From Rotaria magnacalcarata (lineage: Eukaryota), in NCBI GenBank assembly GCA_905261645.1, contig CAJNOV010017209.1, positions 92,316 through 116,714 of the forward strand: a DNA stretch of 24,399 bases. Direction: 5' to 3'. How positions within the stretch are numbered: position 1 is the stretch's first letter; every line of letters starts with the position of its first letter. Positions 11,411 through 22,740 of the stretch are shown here, in pieces. The notes under the pieces are model-generated. The model did not search any database. It was not told where the DNA came from and saw nothing but the letters and a program-made list of their open reading frames with translations. The position numbers and the translations under genes are program-made.

Positions 11411-14400
11411 ATGTTGCCAGCTGTCTTTGCAATCCTTGTTTCGGCTTTTATCGGCACATATGGCCGAGTTCTACTTTACAATACCGAGAATAGGCAAACC
11501 ACTGAAAAATTCGATTGTGTCTACTACATATACGATGATGGAGAAGCAATTCCATATTGTCGACGTCTAAATGGAAGCCATCCACTAGATCGAAATAAGA
11601 AAAAGTGCGAGAATCAGGGTAAAAGGTGCCTGCTTCGTGACTTAATTGATCAAAATGTAGAACCAAACGAAGTTCTCAAGTGGAGTTCAAGCGTCGAAAT
11701 GGCCGATATTTATACCAGTGTTTTCTACAATAGGTCGTTGATTGGAGATGAAGATGATCGATTTGTCTGCAACTGTACAAAAGCGGGAACATTTGGCAAA
11801 TATTGTGAATATCAGTTGGCACACGACGCAAAATTATTCAGTGAAGCGGTGAAAGCTCAGTTTGAAGAAAAGAGAGATGGTGATTCGTGGAACACTCAAC
11901 GGTATGGAAAGATCATCTGTTATGAGACGCTGTCTTGTGGCACAGATACTCTTTGTCTCGATTGGCGAGAGATTTGTGATGGTATTCAACGATGTTTTAG
12001 TGGTATTGATGAAGAAAATTGGGATAAGTTAGAATTCAATGAATGTGAAGATGACGAATTTCGGTGCACAAACGGCATGTGCATTTCGGAAGAATTCTGG
12101 CTTGATGGTAAGTATTCTTGAGTCATGAATGTTTCTTCATTACGTTGATAATTCTGACAGGTGCTGCTGATTGTATGGATTGGAGCGACGAACTTTCAGA
12201 TGAACTTGGATACTCATGTTATTTCAAGTCAACTGCCATGGAATGTGATGAACATCTTTGTCCTATGAAATTTTACTCGTGTGGCGATGGGCAATGTGTT
12301 AATTGGGAAACTCGAATGGCATTTCAACGATCTCAACCATCATTGACTGATTGCTTCAACAAGCGCAACCTGAACTACATGTGTGAGGTGAGTCCACATA
12401 GATCTGCTTGGACACTCGAAAGTGGATTGTGTTGGCCAGACAAAAACTATGATGATGTTCGATATCCTCCATGGAATATGATAAATTCTTCACGACTAAC
12501 CGAGGACGAGATTTGTCAGTATTTATTCCGATGCATTCTATCAAATAATTTCGAACATGATTGTCCATGCAATCTCAACAACTGTACTCAAATAATGATT
12601 AGGGTGTGTCCAAGAGTCGATCACCTCGTTCCCTATCCAGATCCAGGATTGATCAGCGCACCTTTATCCTTCTACTACAACTACACTAGATATATGAATA
12701 ATTCAAATCCCGACCTTTTCGTGTTCGGTGGGAAAATAAGATGCCGAGGATATAGCCTTGTAGTTGAACCCCCTTTGGTATTACCTTTGGATTAAGCAAT
12801 TCAGGTTGGCCATAGGATCCATCATGCTGTATGTTCATCAATAAAATATAATATAGAGTATAGCGATTTGTTCTCACCTTTTCAATATAACATGTTTTGT
12901 TGGAATAATTCTAAAACATTCAATGATCGTCCGTATGCTGTTAATCCTGACGCATGTCCAATTGCATGGGAATGTATATCCCAGTATCGAATCCACGACG
13001 GATTTGCCGACTGCATTAATAATATAGACGAAGAAAAGACCTTTAATAACGATTATTGTACGGGGAATGTCGAGCGGCATCGATTTCGGTGCTATAATGA
13101 TCAAAACAAGTGCCTCTCCCTCTTTTGGCTGGGCAGTGGGATTTCCCGATGTTCGAATAACTATGATGAGATGTGGTATGGTTCAGGCTTGTCTCTCGAG
13201 AAAAGTCTCACTTGTGAGAAAACCGATACTGCCGATTGCGCTCGACTGAAAACATATATTCGGCTGTCATCGATAAAAAACTCGAGTATCGATAGTTCGC
13301 TCACTGTTTTACATCAGAACAGCACATCAACAGATCAAATATCGTTTCAATCGTACTGCGATAGTTTCTGGGATTTGAGTGGTCACAATGACGAGTTAAC
13401 TTCATCATGTCAGAATTGGGTGTGTTCGAAGGATCAATATCAATGCCGAACAGGACAATGTATTGAGCTCAACTGGGTGTGCGATGGAGAATGGGACTGT
13501 ACAGATGCATCGGATGAGGAAGCTCTTGTGCTCATTGGGAACTGGTCAATTCACAATGCTCGTCTATTAGGTTTGAATAATCGAGCCGAGCAATATGCAA
13601 AACGATATTCTCAATCACCGTTTTCCAAGGTCTGCAATATTTCCATTGAATTGGGCTGTTATCTATCACAAGTATCAAATCCACTTGACATAAATTTAAA
13701 CCGTCCATGTATTAATCTCACTAAAATAGGCGATGGTATCGAAGATTGTTTCAATGCTTATGACGAGAAAAATACAATCGAGGCATGGTCGCGTATGAGG
13801 GGTTTCCATTATCGATGTGAAGATTCCATTAATTTGTATCACCTTGCGTGCCACAGAATTACGAATTGTAGTAAGGTTCTCTGCTCAAATCATAGGGATC
13901 AAGATGGATTGTGTTCTAATGATAAAGATGTTATCTGTCTCGGAAGTAATGAATGCAAGAAGAAGGCAAAGTGTGATGGAACAGTAGACTGTGAATATGG
14001 AGAAGATGAATATTGGTGCATTCCTGAATCTTTCAAAAATCATATTGTTTATCGCTCCGCGAAAGAAATTAACCTTCGTCGAAATTCTCAATTTATTTCC
14101 ACTGAACGATTTCCAATTTTCCCCATACCAGTGCCCGATCAACGAGAATCAGAGAATGTGATCACCAAATCTACAACAGACCCTTTTGTTACTATTTATT
14201 CCTACCAATGCAATCGAGGTGTAGCCATTCTCGAACGGAATGAAACTCGTTGTCTTTGTCCTCCTGCTTACTATGGTGATTGGTGTGAATTCTTCAGTGA
14301 TAGAATCAGCATCATTGCACATATTGATCACAAAACAATGCCGAAAATCTTCGAGAACATCAATCTGAAAATCCGGACCAATCTTCTTTTCGATAATGAA

Positions 14401-16652
14401 ACCATCGAACATCATGAGTTTATTGTAATTCCTTCAATCGAAAATACGAGGAAGATAAAACATAAATTCTATCTTGTTTATTCACGATCTCATGACATGC
14501 TTGTACATAAACGATGGCGATATTTCAATCAAACTGATGTTCTCAATCATCACCCATATTCTGTTCATTTTGATGTCTTTTCGCTCAGGAAGAACAATAC
14601 TATAAAAGAAGTTGGCTCTTGGCATTATCCTATTTACTTCGACTATCTACCGGCTTTTCGTTTGGCTGCTGTATTAAAGTTTCCACCCTGGTTTGGTAAT
14701 GCAACACTGGATCCCTGTCTGGCAAACAGTTGCAATAATAATTCCACCTGTATGCCAGTTTTCAATCAAAACCATTCTTACTATTGTTCGTGTAAGAGTG
14801 GTTATTATGGAAAAGATTGTAGCTGGTACGAACCTCGTTGTGAGCATTACTGCGCAGACAATGCACTCTGTCATATCGATAAATACGACTCACAGATTAG
14901 AAAAGCGAATCCCTCCTGCCTCTGTACAGTGGGCCGATTCGGGGCACGTTGTTATTTGAAATATGATGACTGTGATCCGAATCCATGTTTGAACAATGGA
15001 ACTTGTCTTTCTACTTATGATCGGAGTGGTGAAGTGTCTTATATATGCAACTGCTCAGTACAATTCTACGGGAATGAATGCCAAAATGAAAAGGCATCTG
15101 TTAACGTGACTTTGAACATGACATTTGAATTGGTCGCTCTTGCGACTGTTGTTCAACTGTACGATATTGCGATACCTTCTCTTATGCTTCTCATCCAACA
15201 TCAGCGAGTCACTTATGGATTTCCATCGACGATAACCTACAATCATCCTTATGCTTACGCACCTTATCTTGGGGTTCTCAAAGTATACGAGGATTTAGTA
15301 CGTCCAGTATATTTCATTATGTATCTTCTGCATCAATCAGAGATCAATATTACCACATCTCCAGAGCGCTGTCCACATGCTTCATCGCTCTTACACACAG
15401 GTGGGTTTATAGATAAATGAATGTTCTTAAATGATCTACATTTTGATTTTCAGCGATCGATCAGTCGGTTCCTGACGTCTTCAAATATCATCACATCTGT
15501 CAAAATGACGGAAAACGTTTCTGTTTTCATGATGAAAATTATCTCTGTATTTGTCAACCGAACCATTATCGTACTGAATGTTTTGGTCACAATATTCAAC
15601 TTGACCATTGTGATAATTGTCTGTCTGGAGGGAAATGTGTTCAAGGTGATCGAAACCATCATCATGATTTTATTTGCCTTTGCTCGTCTTGTCAGCAGGG
15701 TCTTCGTTGCGAATTCAGTTTGCAGCCATTCAGTTTTACTCTCGATTTACTTCTTTCTGGTTCAAAAGAAGTGAAGGTCGTCTATGTTTCTATAGCTCTT
15801 CTAATCTTTACGATTGGCCTTTTTAACAACTTCTGTTCCTTTGTCACATTTAAGCGACCGTCGCCTCGAAAGTTTGGTACAGGTAACTATTTGTTGGTTG
15901 TCACCTGTTTCAATCAAGTTGCTTTACTTTGTCTGCTCTTGAAATTCATCGAAGTCACTTTTGGAATTTCTACTCTCGTATCATGCAAAAGTATTTCCTT
16001 TTCTCTTTCTGTATTCACACGGTCGACTTATTGGCTAACAAGTTGGATTACTATTGATCGTCTTCTCATCGTGTTCTTGCCAACTTCACGTACTCTCAAA
16101 AATCCTCATCTAGCTATCGGAATCAGTGGTGGAACATCCATTATCCTTCTTTTCATACACACCCATGAAATGATCTATTACACAATCATTCAGGATCTCT
16201 CCGCCGGTTCATCTGTGTGTGCGATAAACTTCAAGACTTCTCTACTCTCGACTTACAATCGAATATCTACTCTAATACATTATCTCGTTCCATTCTTTAT
16301 CCAAGTGGTCTGCATTACTCTCTTAATTTGTCAGGCTGCGCGTAGTCGAGTCAAAACGATGGGAGCGAGAATGACGTTCGGTCACGTACTAAAGAATCAG
16401 TTTCAAATTCAGAAAGAACTTTATATAACACCAATTATTATTGTTCTCTCTTCTTTGCCTCAAACTATTCTCACCTTTAGTTTGGCATGTACATCATTGG
16501 CTCATTGGCAACGTCACACATTACTTGGAGCTTATCTCTTATCGTATGCTCCTCAAGCTTTTGGCTTTATTTTATATGTTTTACCATCGACTGTTTACAA
16601 GAAAGAGTTCGTTAAGACATCTATCGGGAAGAGCTATTTCAAATTAGCATGA
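11411..16652 (+). CDS. Large mosaic receptor: LDL-receptor class A-like modules, EGF-like modules, C-terminal rhodopsin-like 7TM domain
   Basis: Model join(11411..12107,12161..12777,12805..15400,15454..16652), 5109 nt. Introns 12108-12160 and 15401-15453 are each 53 bp with GT..CAG borders and preserved phase. Met followed by hydrophobic LPAVFAILVSAFIG. LDLa-like segments: CRTGQCIELNWVCDGEWDCTDASDEE, CTNGMCISEEFWLDGAADCMDWSDE, CDGTVDCEYGEDE. EGF-like segments: CLCPPAYYGDWCEF, CSCKSGYYGKDCSW, CDPNPCLNNGTCLSTYDRSGEVSYICNCSVQFYGNEC, CDNCLSGGKCVQ...CLCSSCQQGLRCE. Then a 7TM block (VVYVSIALLIFTIGLFNNFCSFVTF ... WITIDRLLIVFLPTS ... GFILYVLPSTVYKKEF). The ORF frame is interrupted once by TAA at 12793-12795; the model treats 12778-12804 as a 27-nt intron. 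Confidence 0.85.
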
Positions 16653-16737
16653 GAGAAGCACGAAACCGTTGTTTCAAAGGCAAAAAATAGAAGAAAAATG
16701 CGATATGAATAACTTTAACTTTTGATTCTTTGCCTGA

Positions 16738-16822
16738 GGGTGTGGGTGTGGGTCTTATCATATCACCCACCCACAGCGACACCCATAGCCATGGCTAAAC
16801 CCACTCCACACACCCACACCCC
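16738..16822. repeat. Downstream TGTGGG-type inverted motif cluster
   Basis: GGGTGTGGGTGTGGGT (16738-16753), CACCCACCCAC (from 16765) and CCACACACCCACACCCC (16805-16821). Confidence 0.75.
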
Positions 16823-17040
16823 TTTACATCTGTTTTATCTCTTACACAAGGTAGTTTTTTAAGTGTATGATCTTAAATTTTAATTTTAATTGTATAAATT
16901 GTATACAGAATCATGTCTGATGAAGTTGTAAACTACAACGAAATGTCACATTAAATTGAACAAATAAATATTAATAAAGTAGGAAAAGAATATAAAAATG
17001 AATACAAAAGTACAAATTGAATAAGATCTAAATGAATATA

Positions 17041-17716
17041 TCCCAGGTCGATCAATCCCACAATAGGATCTGATCGGAACCGGTCAGATCCCATCGGATT
17101 CCGATCGAATCCCATAAGATTTGATAAGGCTCCTATAGGAAAACATCGGATTACCGGGTTGAGGAATCCGAATTCGATCCACGGGATCGGAATCCAATGC
17201 AATTTTACAGCGGAAAATTCATCGAAAACAACCATCATTCAACTATTGGATTCCGCGGCGCCATCGACGATGCCAGATTCGGATTCGTGGACCTCGATAA
17301 CCTATAACAAAGTCTGTTAATTTTGAAAAATCTGTTTTATGTCTTGGTGGAAACGTTCAAGTCTTCACTGTGTAGAATGTCGTTGAAACCGGTAAGAAGC
17401 ACAAAGGATTTGAACGATAATTTGCCAAAAATGTTTGGCTTTAAGTGCTGATGTGGGTCGAATTAGATGCTATAAAAGAGCATGAAGTATGCAAGGGAAA
17501 TCTAGAGATGGTCGTCGTATCCTATTGGAAATCGATTGAAACCCATAGTAGGAATGCTTACTGCTTCCGGCAGCCGGGTATCGGTTGGAGTTCGCAGAAA
17601 TCCGACTTTCGGATCCGTTATTGGGTTCCTCAACCCGGTAATCCGATAAAATCCTATAGGTTGGTAGGATCCTATAAGATCCGATAGGATCCTGCGTCGC
17701 ATTGAATGACCTGGGA
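17041..17716. mobile_element. Candidate non-autonomous TIR element (~676 bp) with TA target duplication
   Basis: Termini TCCCAGGTC(GATCAAT) at left and (ATTGAAT)GACCTGGGA at right, each flanked by TA (17039-17040, 17717-17718). Internal inverted match: CCTATAGGAAAACATCGGATTACCGGGTTGAGGAATCC (left arm) versus reverse complement CCTATAGGATTTTATCGGATTACCGGGTTGAGGAACCC (right arm). Confidence 0.72.
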
Positions 17717-17940
17717 TACGGAGTTTCTTCTAAAATATCAAAAAATTTCATTCCAGTTTTCATTTAATATTAATTGAATTAAATAACAATGACGTAATTC
17801 TACATTATATGGATCTGCATACTAATTAATTATATCAAATTAGATAATTAGTAAAAAAAAAATTTACCCAACGATGCCTGGATCATTCTACTTATTGAAA
17901 CTTCATTATTAACGTTACTTAAATGATCTTATCTATCATT

Positions 17941-19475
17941 AGGGATGACACTTTAACTTTACTTTAAAAATTAAAGTTAAGGTAATGCTTTAAGCTTTAA
18001 CTGTTAAAATTAAAGTAAAAAACTTTAAACTTTAGTTGAAGAAAACACTTTAACTTTTAAAAAATCAGAGTTGAAATGAAAATGTTTTTTTAACTCTTCA
18101 TGATTAATTTTCTGTTGGATTTTACTACAACTTTAAACTTCAAAAATTAAAGTTAAAATATCTCAACTCTAATATAAAGGTATTAAAGTTTTTGTGGTAC
18201 CACTTTAACTTTAACATTTAAAGCTTAAAGTATATCATTTTAACTTTAACGTTTAAGGTAACGCTTTAAACTTTAATACTTTTTCAAAGCACTTTAAAGT
18301 TACTTAGGTCTGACCAAAATTAGTGAAATTGACACTTTAAGATCACATAATAATATCCAGAATCTTTCTTTCTATACAGTCTGATAGAGACAAAAATTCT
18401 CTATTTTTCTATGCTATCTGATCATACTTCAACCAATATCATAATAATGAAATTTCTAAAATAATTATTGTTTTTTATGCCTGCCCTAATCCACTCTCCC
18501 CTAACGACTCCCCGGGAATTTCTCTGGGGGAGAATTGATGAAATTTTCTTAAATTAAAAAAAAACATTTTAAGTTTTTTAAATTTTAAAAAATTTAGAAG
18601 AATTTATTAATAATTAGATATTTCATCGATTTTGGCCAGATAACTCCCGGGGAGTCCCCAGGGAGTCCCCGCAAAAGAACGAAATCCCTAGGGACTCTCG
18701 GGATTTGTCAGGGGACTCCCTGGGGATTCTTCTAGGGAGAGTTGACTAGGGTGACGGTTATAACAAGGCCCATTCAATGAATATTTTTTGAGTAGCGTTT
18801 CGTAGGAACAAGATACAAAGATGCGGTTTTCACGGTTAGAAAGAGAAAAAGAAAATACACCAAAGCGTTTATTGTAGGTTTGTTGACATGATTTTTTAAA
18901 AGTTTTCAATCAATCGTTCTGAAAACAATACTACTCGCGAAGTATTTACAATATTTTCCCATTTTTCAGGTGAATATTGAAACCATCGATGTAAGCTCTA
19001 AACAACTACAGAAAATTTGGATATTTTGAAATATCATTCTGAAATTATAGACGTTCTTGTTGCAGCACCAAGTGGTTTCACAAGCAATCCACTGTGAAAA
19101 AATAAAACAGGACTTTTTCAATACTGAAAGAATCGATTCAAGTTGTTTCAGATAATGTTCGACAAAATAATATATACGCAGTTCGATGCATCTTCATCTC
19201 CGCTTTCCAACAGTGAAAACCGCAGCTCCCTATCATTTTTCCATGAAGAGTTATTGACAACACACATCGTAACCGTGACATACTTTTAAAAAACACATTT
19301 CTTCGATATTTTGTTATTATGATATTAGTTGGAGTATGATCGAATCGCATAGAAAAATAGAAAATTTTTTTCTCTATCGGACTGTGTAGAAAGAAAGATT
19401 CTGGATGTTATTATGTGATCTTATAGTGTCAATTTCACTACTTTTGGTCAGACCTTAGTAAAGTGCCACCCCCAA
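17941..19475. mobile_element. Candidate ~1.5 kb inverted-repeat element, hAT-like ends
   Basis: Left end TAGGGATGACACTTTA (from 17940); right end reverse-complement TTGGGGGTGGCACTTTA. Flanking 8-mers TCTATCAT (17932-17939) and TCTACCAT (19476-19483), 7/8 identical. Long inverted arms ~18301-18450 and ~19312-19457 (CTTAGGTCTGACCAAAA..TAGTGAAATTGACACT..AAGATCACATAATAA..ATCCAGAATCTTTCTTTCTA..). Confidence 0.65.
18484..18751. mobile_element. Nested small inverted-repeat element (~268 bp)
   Basis: Left CCCTAATCCACTCTCCCCTA; right reverse complement CCCTAGTCAACTCTCCCTAG. Subterminal CCCCGGGAA and CTCCCGGGGAGTCCCCAGGGAGTCCCC motifs. Lies wholly between the arms of the 17941-19475 element. Confidence 0.6.
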
Positions 19476-20840
19476 TCTACCATTAAGTATTAGGTATTCT
19501 ATTTTTCTTCTAAATGCTTAACACTTAATATTATTGGTGAATTTATGACATTACACTTAATTTTAAGTTAATGTAAGTGGTCCATTTTTACTCGATTGTC
19601 ACTGTTATAAATTACGCTATCTGTTTTTAGAAGCTTGCTAATTTCCAAACGTTAAAACTTTTTAAACAAATTTGATTTCCATAATGTTGAACTTAGCTAC
19701 CGCATATTCGCAAGTAGCGATATCAATCAGCAAAAATCAACAGGTTTTCATTGATTGGAAACCAGGCTATATTCATATTTAAAGTACACGAAACATCAAT
19801 ATGACTGAGAAAATTCATTTAGAAATCTATAGTAGTTGTATTATAAAGGGGCAGCAGGAGATTAATCCACAGATTTCGAAAATTATTGTGTTTTTCTTCA
19901 GCAAAGGCATCTTATTGTTTTGTTGACCAACTTCTAAAAGAATTGCAAATGCTTCTGAAGTTAGGCTAATTTTAGTAAGAATCCTCCAATCAATGCGTTA
20001 TGCCAATGGACTTCTTCGCTTATAATCTAGATGGCCTGGGATACCCAGGATTCCGTATTATTTTACATTATATTCATTAGTTCATAATTCATAATTGATT
20101 TTCTAAAATGTTGAACTGACCTTCAAGGATAAAAAAATTACGCACATGAAATTTAGTTGTCGATAATAGTGGGTAGAATGTCGTTAATATCTGATTACTT
20201 ATCGTGTACGGGAGAAGACTGGTCTAGTTTTTTGTCATAGGAAAACATTACAACGATGAAAATAAAAGATATTGAATGTTAACAACTAATGTCGTAAATA
20301 TTCAATTAAATCACATTATCCAATTTTTCTTAAAATAGTTATCGGAATCAGAATAAGAAATTTTAGATCTCTGTAAGAAACATATGCTGAATTTATCTTT
20401 CACAATGAGTTACAATTACATATATTTATTGCAGAAATGCTACAATAGAACAGCTTCTCTACTTGATACTGAAAACGATTTAAGGTTTAAGATAAGTCTT
20501 TTAAAGACAAGAAGGATGAAAATTATTTGTCTCATGCACATCGCCCTCTTATTACTGTATATATTTGATGAAGAAAATATCTGATCTTGTTTTTTTTCTT
20601 GCAAGCGATTATTGCGAACTATTCATATTGACGAGTGGCACGTATAAAAGACATAAAACGAATTATAATTTTTATCAAAATGATTCATTTTTTCTTTTTG
20701 TCACATTTCAAATAAAAAAAATTAATTTCTGTTCTTAGAGAATCAAAAATGAATTGATTAAAAGACAATTGAAGTTTTTTTTATATTAAAATAAGATTTT
20801 CAACTAGAGTCCTGCGGGACAGTCCCGAATCCCAAAAACT

Positions 20841-20871
20841 CCCGTTTGTCCCAATGGACGGGACAAACGGG
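20841..20871. repeat. Perfect 12-bp stem, 7-nt loop hairpin
   Basis: CCCGTTTGTCCC - AATGGAC - GGGACAAACGGG. A separate palindrome CGGGACAGTCCCG lies at 20815-20827. Confidence 0.85.
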
Positions 20872-20979
20872 ATCAGAACAATGTTAAAGTAAACGAAAAT
20901 CCTGAATTTTTTTATCATTATCTTAATTTTAATTGTGTAACTGATAAATGATTGTTTATTACCATTGTCTGGTAATGAT

Positions 20980-21320
20980 TAGGGGTCGCACATTAGCTTT
21001 ACTTTAAAAGTTAAAGCAAAAAACTTTAAACTTTAATTAAAGTAAAGCACTTTAGCTTTAAAAAATCAGAGTTACAGTGAAAAATAATTTTTAGCTCTTC
21101 ATGATCAATTTTCTATTGGTTTTAACTAAAAATTTCAACTGTAAAATTAAAGTTAATGTGTCTCAACTCTAACATTAAAGCATTTAAGTGTTTATGGTAC
21201 TACTTAAACTTTAATTTTAAAGTTTAAAGTATCACTTTAACTTTAACTTTTGAAGTTTACATTAACATTTTAAACTTTAATACTTTTTTAAAGTGGTTTA
21301 AACTTAAAGGGGCATCATAT
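20980..21320. repeat. Second dispersed copy of the ACTTTAA-rich repeat seen at 17941-18300
   Basis: Colinear similarity: TAGGG(A/G)T..CAC..TTA.CTTTACTTTAAAA.TTAAAG; AAAAATCAGAGTT.; CTCTTCATGAT.AATTTTCT.TTGG.TTTTA; TCTCAACTCTAA.AT.AAAG; CTTTAAACTTTAATACTTTTT. Confidence 0.75.
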
Positions 21321-22527
21321 TAATGATCTTTAGAAAATTTTTCTTTAGAAACAGTTGATGACATTTTATTAATAATCTAAAAAACGAGGACCGTGTATTA
21401 TAATGGGACGAAGAGTTACAAAGAAATATTTAGACTAGTATTTTGTTTCTTTGTTATCAGAGATATTTAATAAAGCGTTGATTTATCTACCGATCATGTG
21501 AACGTGTAATTTTTTGGTATTGGTGTTACTGGGAAGATGTGTTGTCTTCTTTGCCAGAGTGAAATCTTTATATTTTTGTTTTGACCAACGGAACAGACAG
21601 GATTTTACGGGGCAATTCGAAAATTTTCGGGATCCGACATTCGGTATTGGGACAATTTAAAAATTTTTTGGGATGGGGCAAACTGGATAGGGGCAATAAA
21701 AAAGTTTGTCCCCATGTCTCTATTTTAAACTACTCAAGTTTTTGGAAACGATTAGCTTGTTTTTATCAAGCTTGATACATGAATGGATAACGTATATAAC
21801 ACAACAACTATTTACTTGTATTTTACATTTTCCAGTGCAATTTTTATATAATTCAAAAAGAACTAAAATTTGACTTTCTTTTACGTACGAACTAGATAAA
21901 TATTTAAGATTTATTTGACTTGAATGGTACCCCGTTATTTTGAAAATAAAATACATTTGAGCTGTATTTTTTTATATAGTCATTTAACAGATAAAAACGC
22001 TTGTTTATATGAGACTATTAATTATGACCAGATACTTGTTCTCGTACATGTGACCCATCAATTTATTTAGTTATCTGTTTTGCTTTATGTTATCAGTAAT
22101 TTTTCTAACCAATTCGACTATTTGACTCCTTACAATAATCCATGTATAAATGCATATCACATCGAAAAGATGCATTTTTGTTATAAAAATGCATTTGTTT
22201 AGTTTTGTAAAAATACTAAGTTGATCCTATCAAAATATTCAACTGTCAACATAATGATGGATCCATTTCTTAGTAAGTGCTTGTGATCATGACTATGAAA
22301 AAGTTTTTATGCGCCTCAACAACAAAAAAATGTGCATTAAAGACGAAAAATACCTGATATATATTGGAAAATGATTGTAACTATTTTCGGCAGACTTCCT
22401 TTAGTCAGAGCATTTCGACAATAGCGATAATCATCTTTTGAATGAATTAAAATGTTCTTGCATAGTTCGAACTATATCAATGTACTGCCAATTCGATCCA
22501 TTCCTAGCCAATCGCTGCCAATCGTAG

Positions 22528-22600
22528 TTGGGTGTGGGTGTGAGTGTCGCCATAACTGTAGGTCTGGGTGTGGGTGCGCGTGCGCGTGTGGACATAACAG
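22528..22600 (+). repeat. G/T-rich TGTGGG-like and GCGTGCGCGTG tract
   Basis: TTGGGTGTGGGTGTGAGTGTCG ... CTGGGTGTGGGTGCGCGTGCGCGTGTGG. Confidence 0.75.
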
Positions 22601-22623
22601 TCAGTGTGGGTGTGAGTGTGAGT

Positions 22624-22740
22624 GTGGCCATAACTGTGGTTAAGGGTGGTAGAGTGGCCATAACTGTTGTTAAGGGTGGTAGAGTGGCCATAACTGTGGT
22701 TAAGGGTGGTAGAGTGGCCATAACTGTGTGGCTGTGGGTG
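22624..22740 (+). repeat. 30-bp tandem repeat (~3 full copies plus partial)
   Basis: GTGGCCATAACTGTGGTTAAGGGTGGTAGA repeated starting at 22624, 22654, 22684, with a partial copy from 22714. Exact 30-bp period. Confidence 0.93.

Noticed and set aside
12356-15246. Minus-strand ORFs opposite the receptor gene
   Set aside because: Antisense shadows with no domain signal.
16951-17763. ORFs within the TA-flanked element (95, 80, 97 and 66 aa)
   Set aside because: Composed of repetitive TIR/GGATCC-rich sequence; no transposase motif.
20035-20049. CCTGGGATACCCAGG palindrome resembling the TIR of the 17041-17716 element
   Set aside because: Only about 10-15 nt match and no partner end was found; too short to call an element.
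22624-22740. CRISPR-like array
   Set aside because: Repeats are contiguous 30-bp units with no unique spacers, in eukaryotic context.
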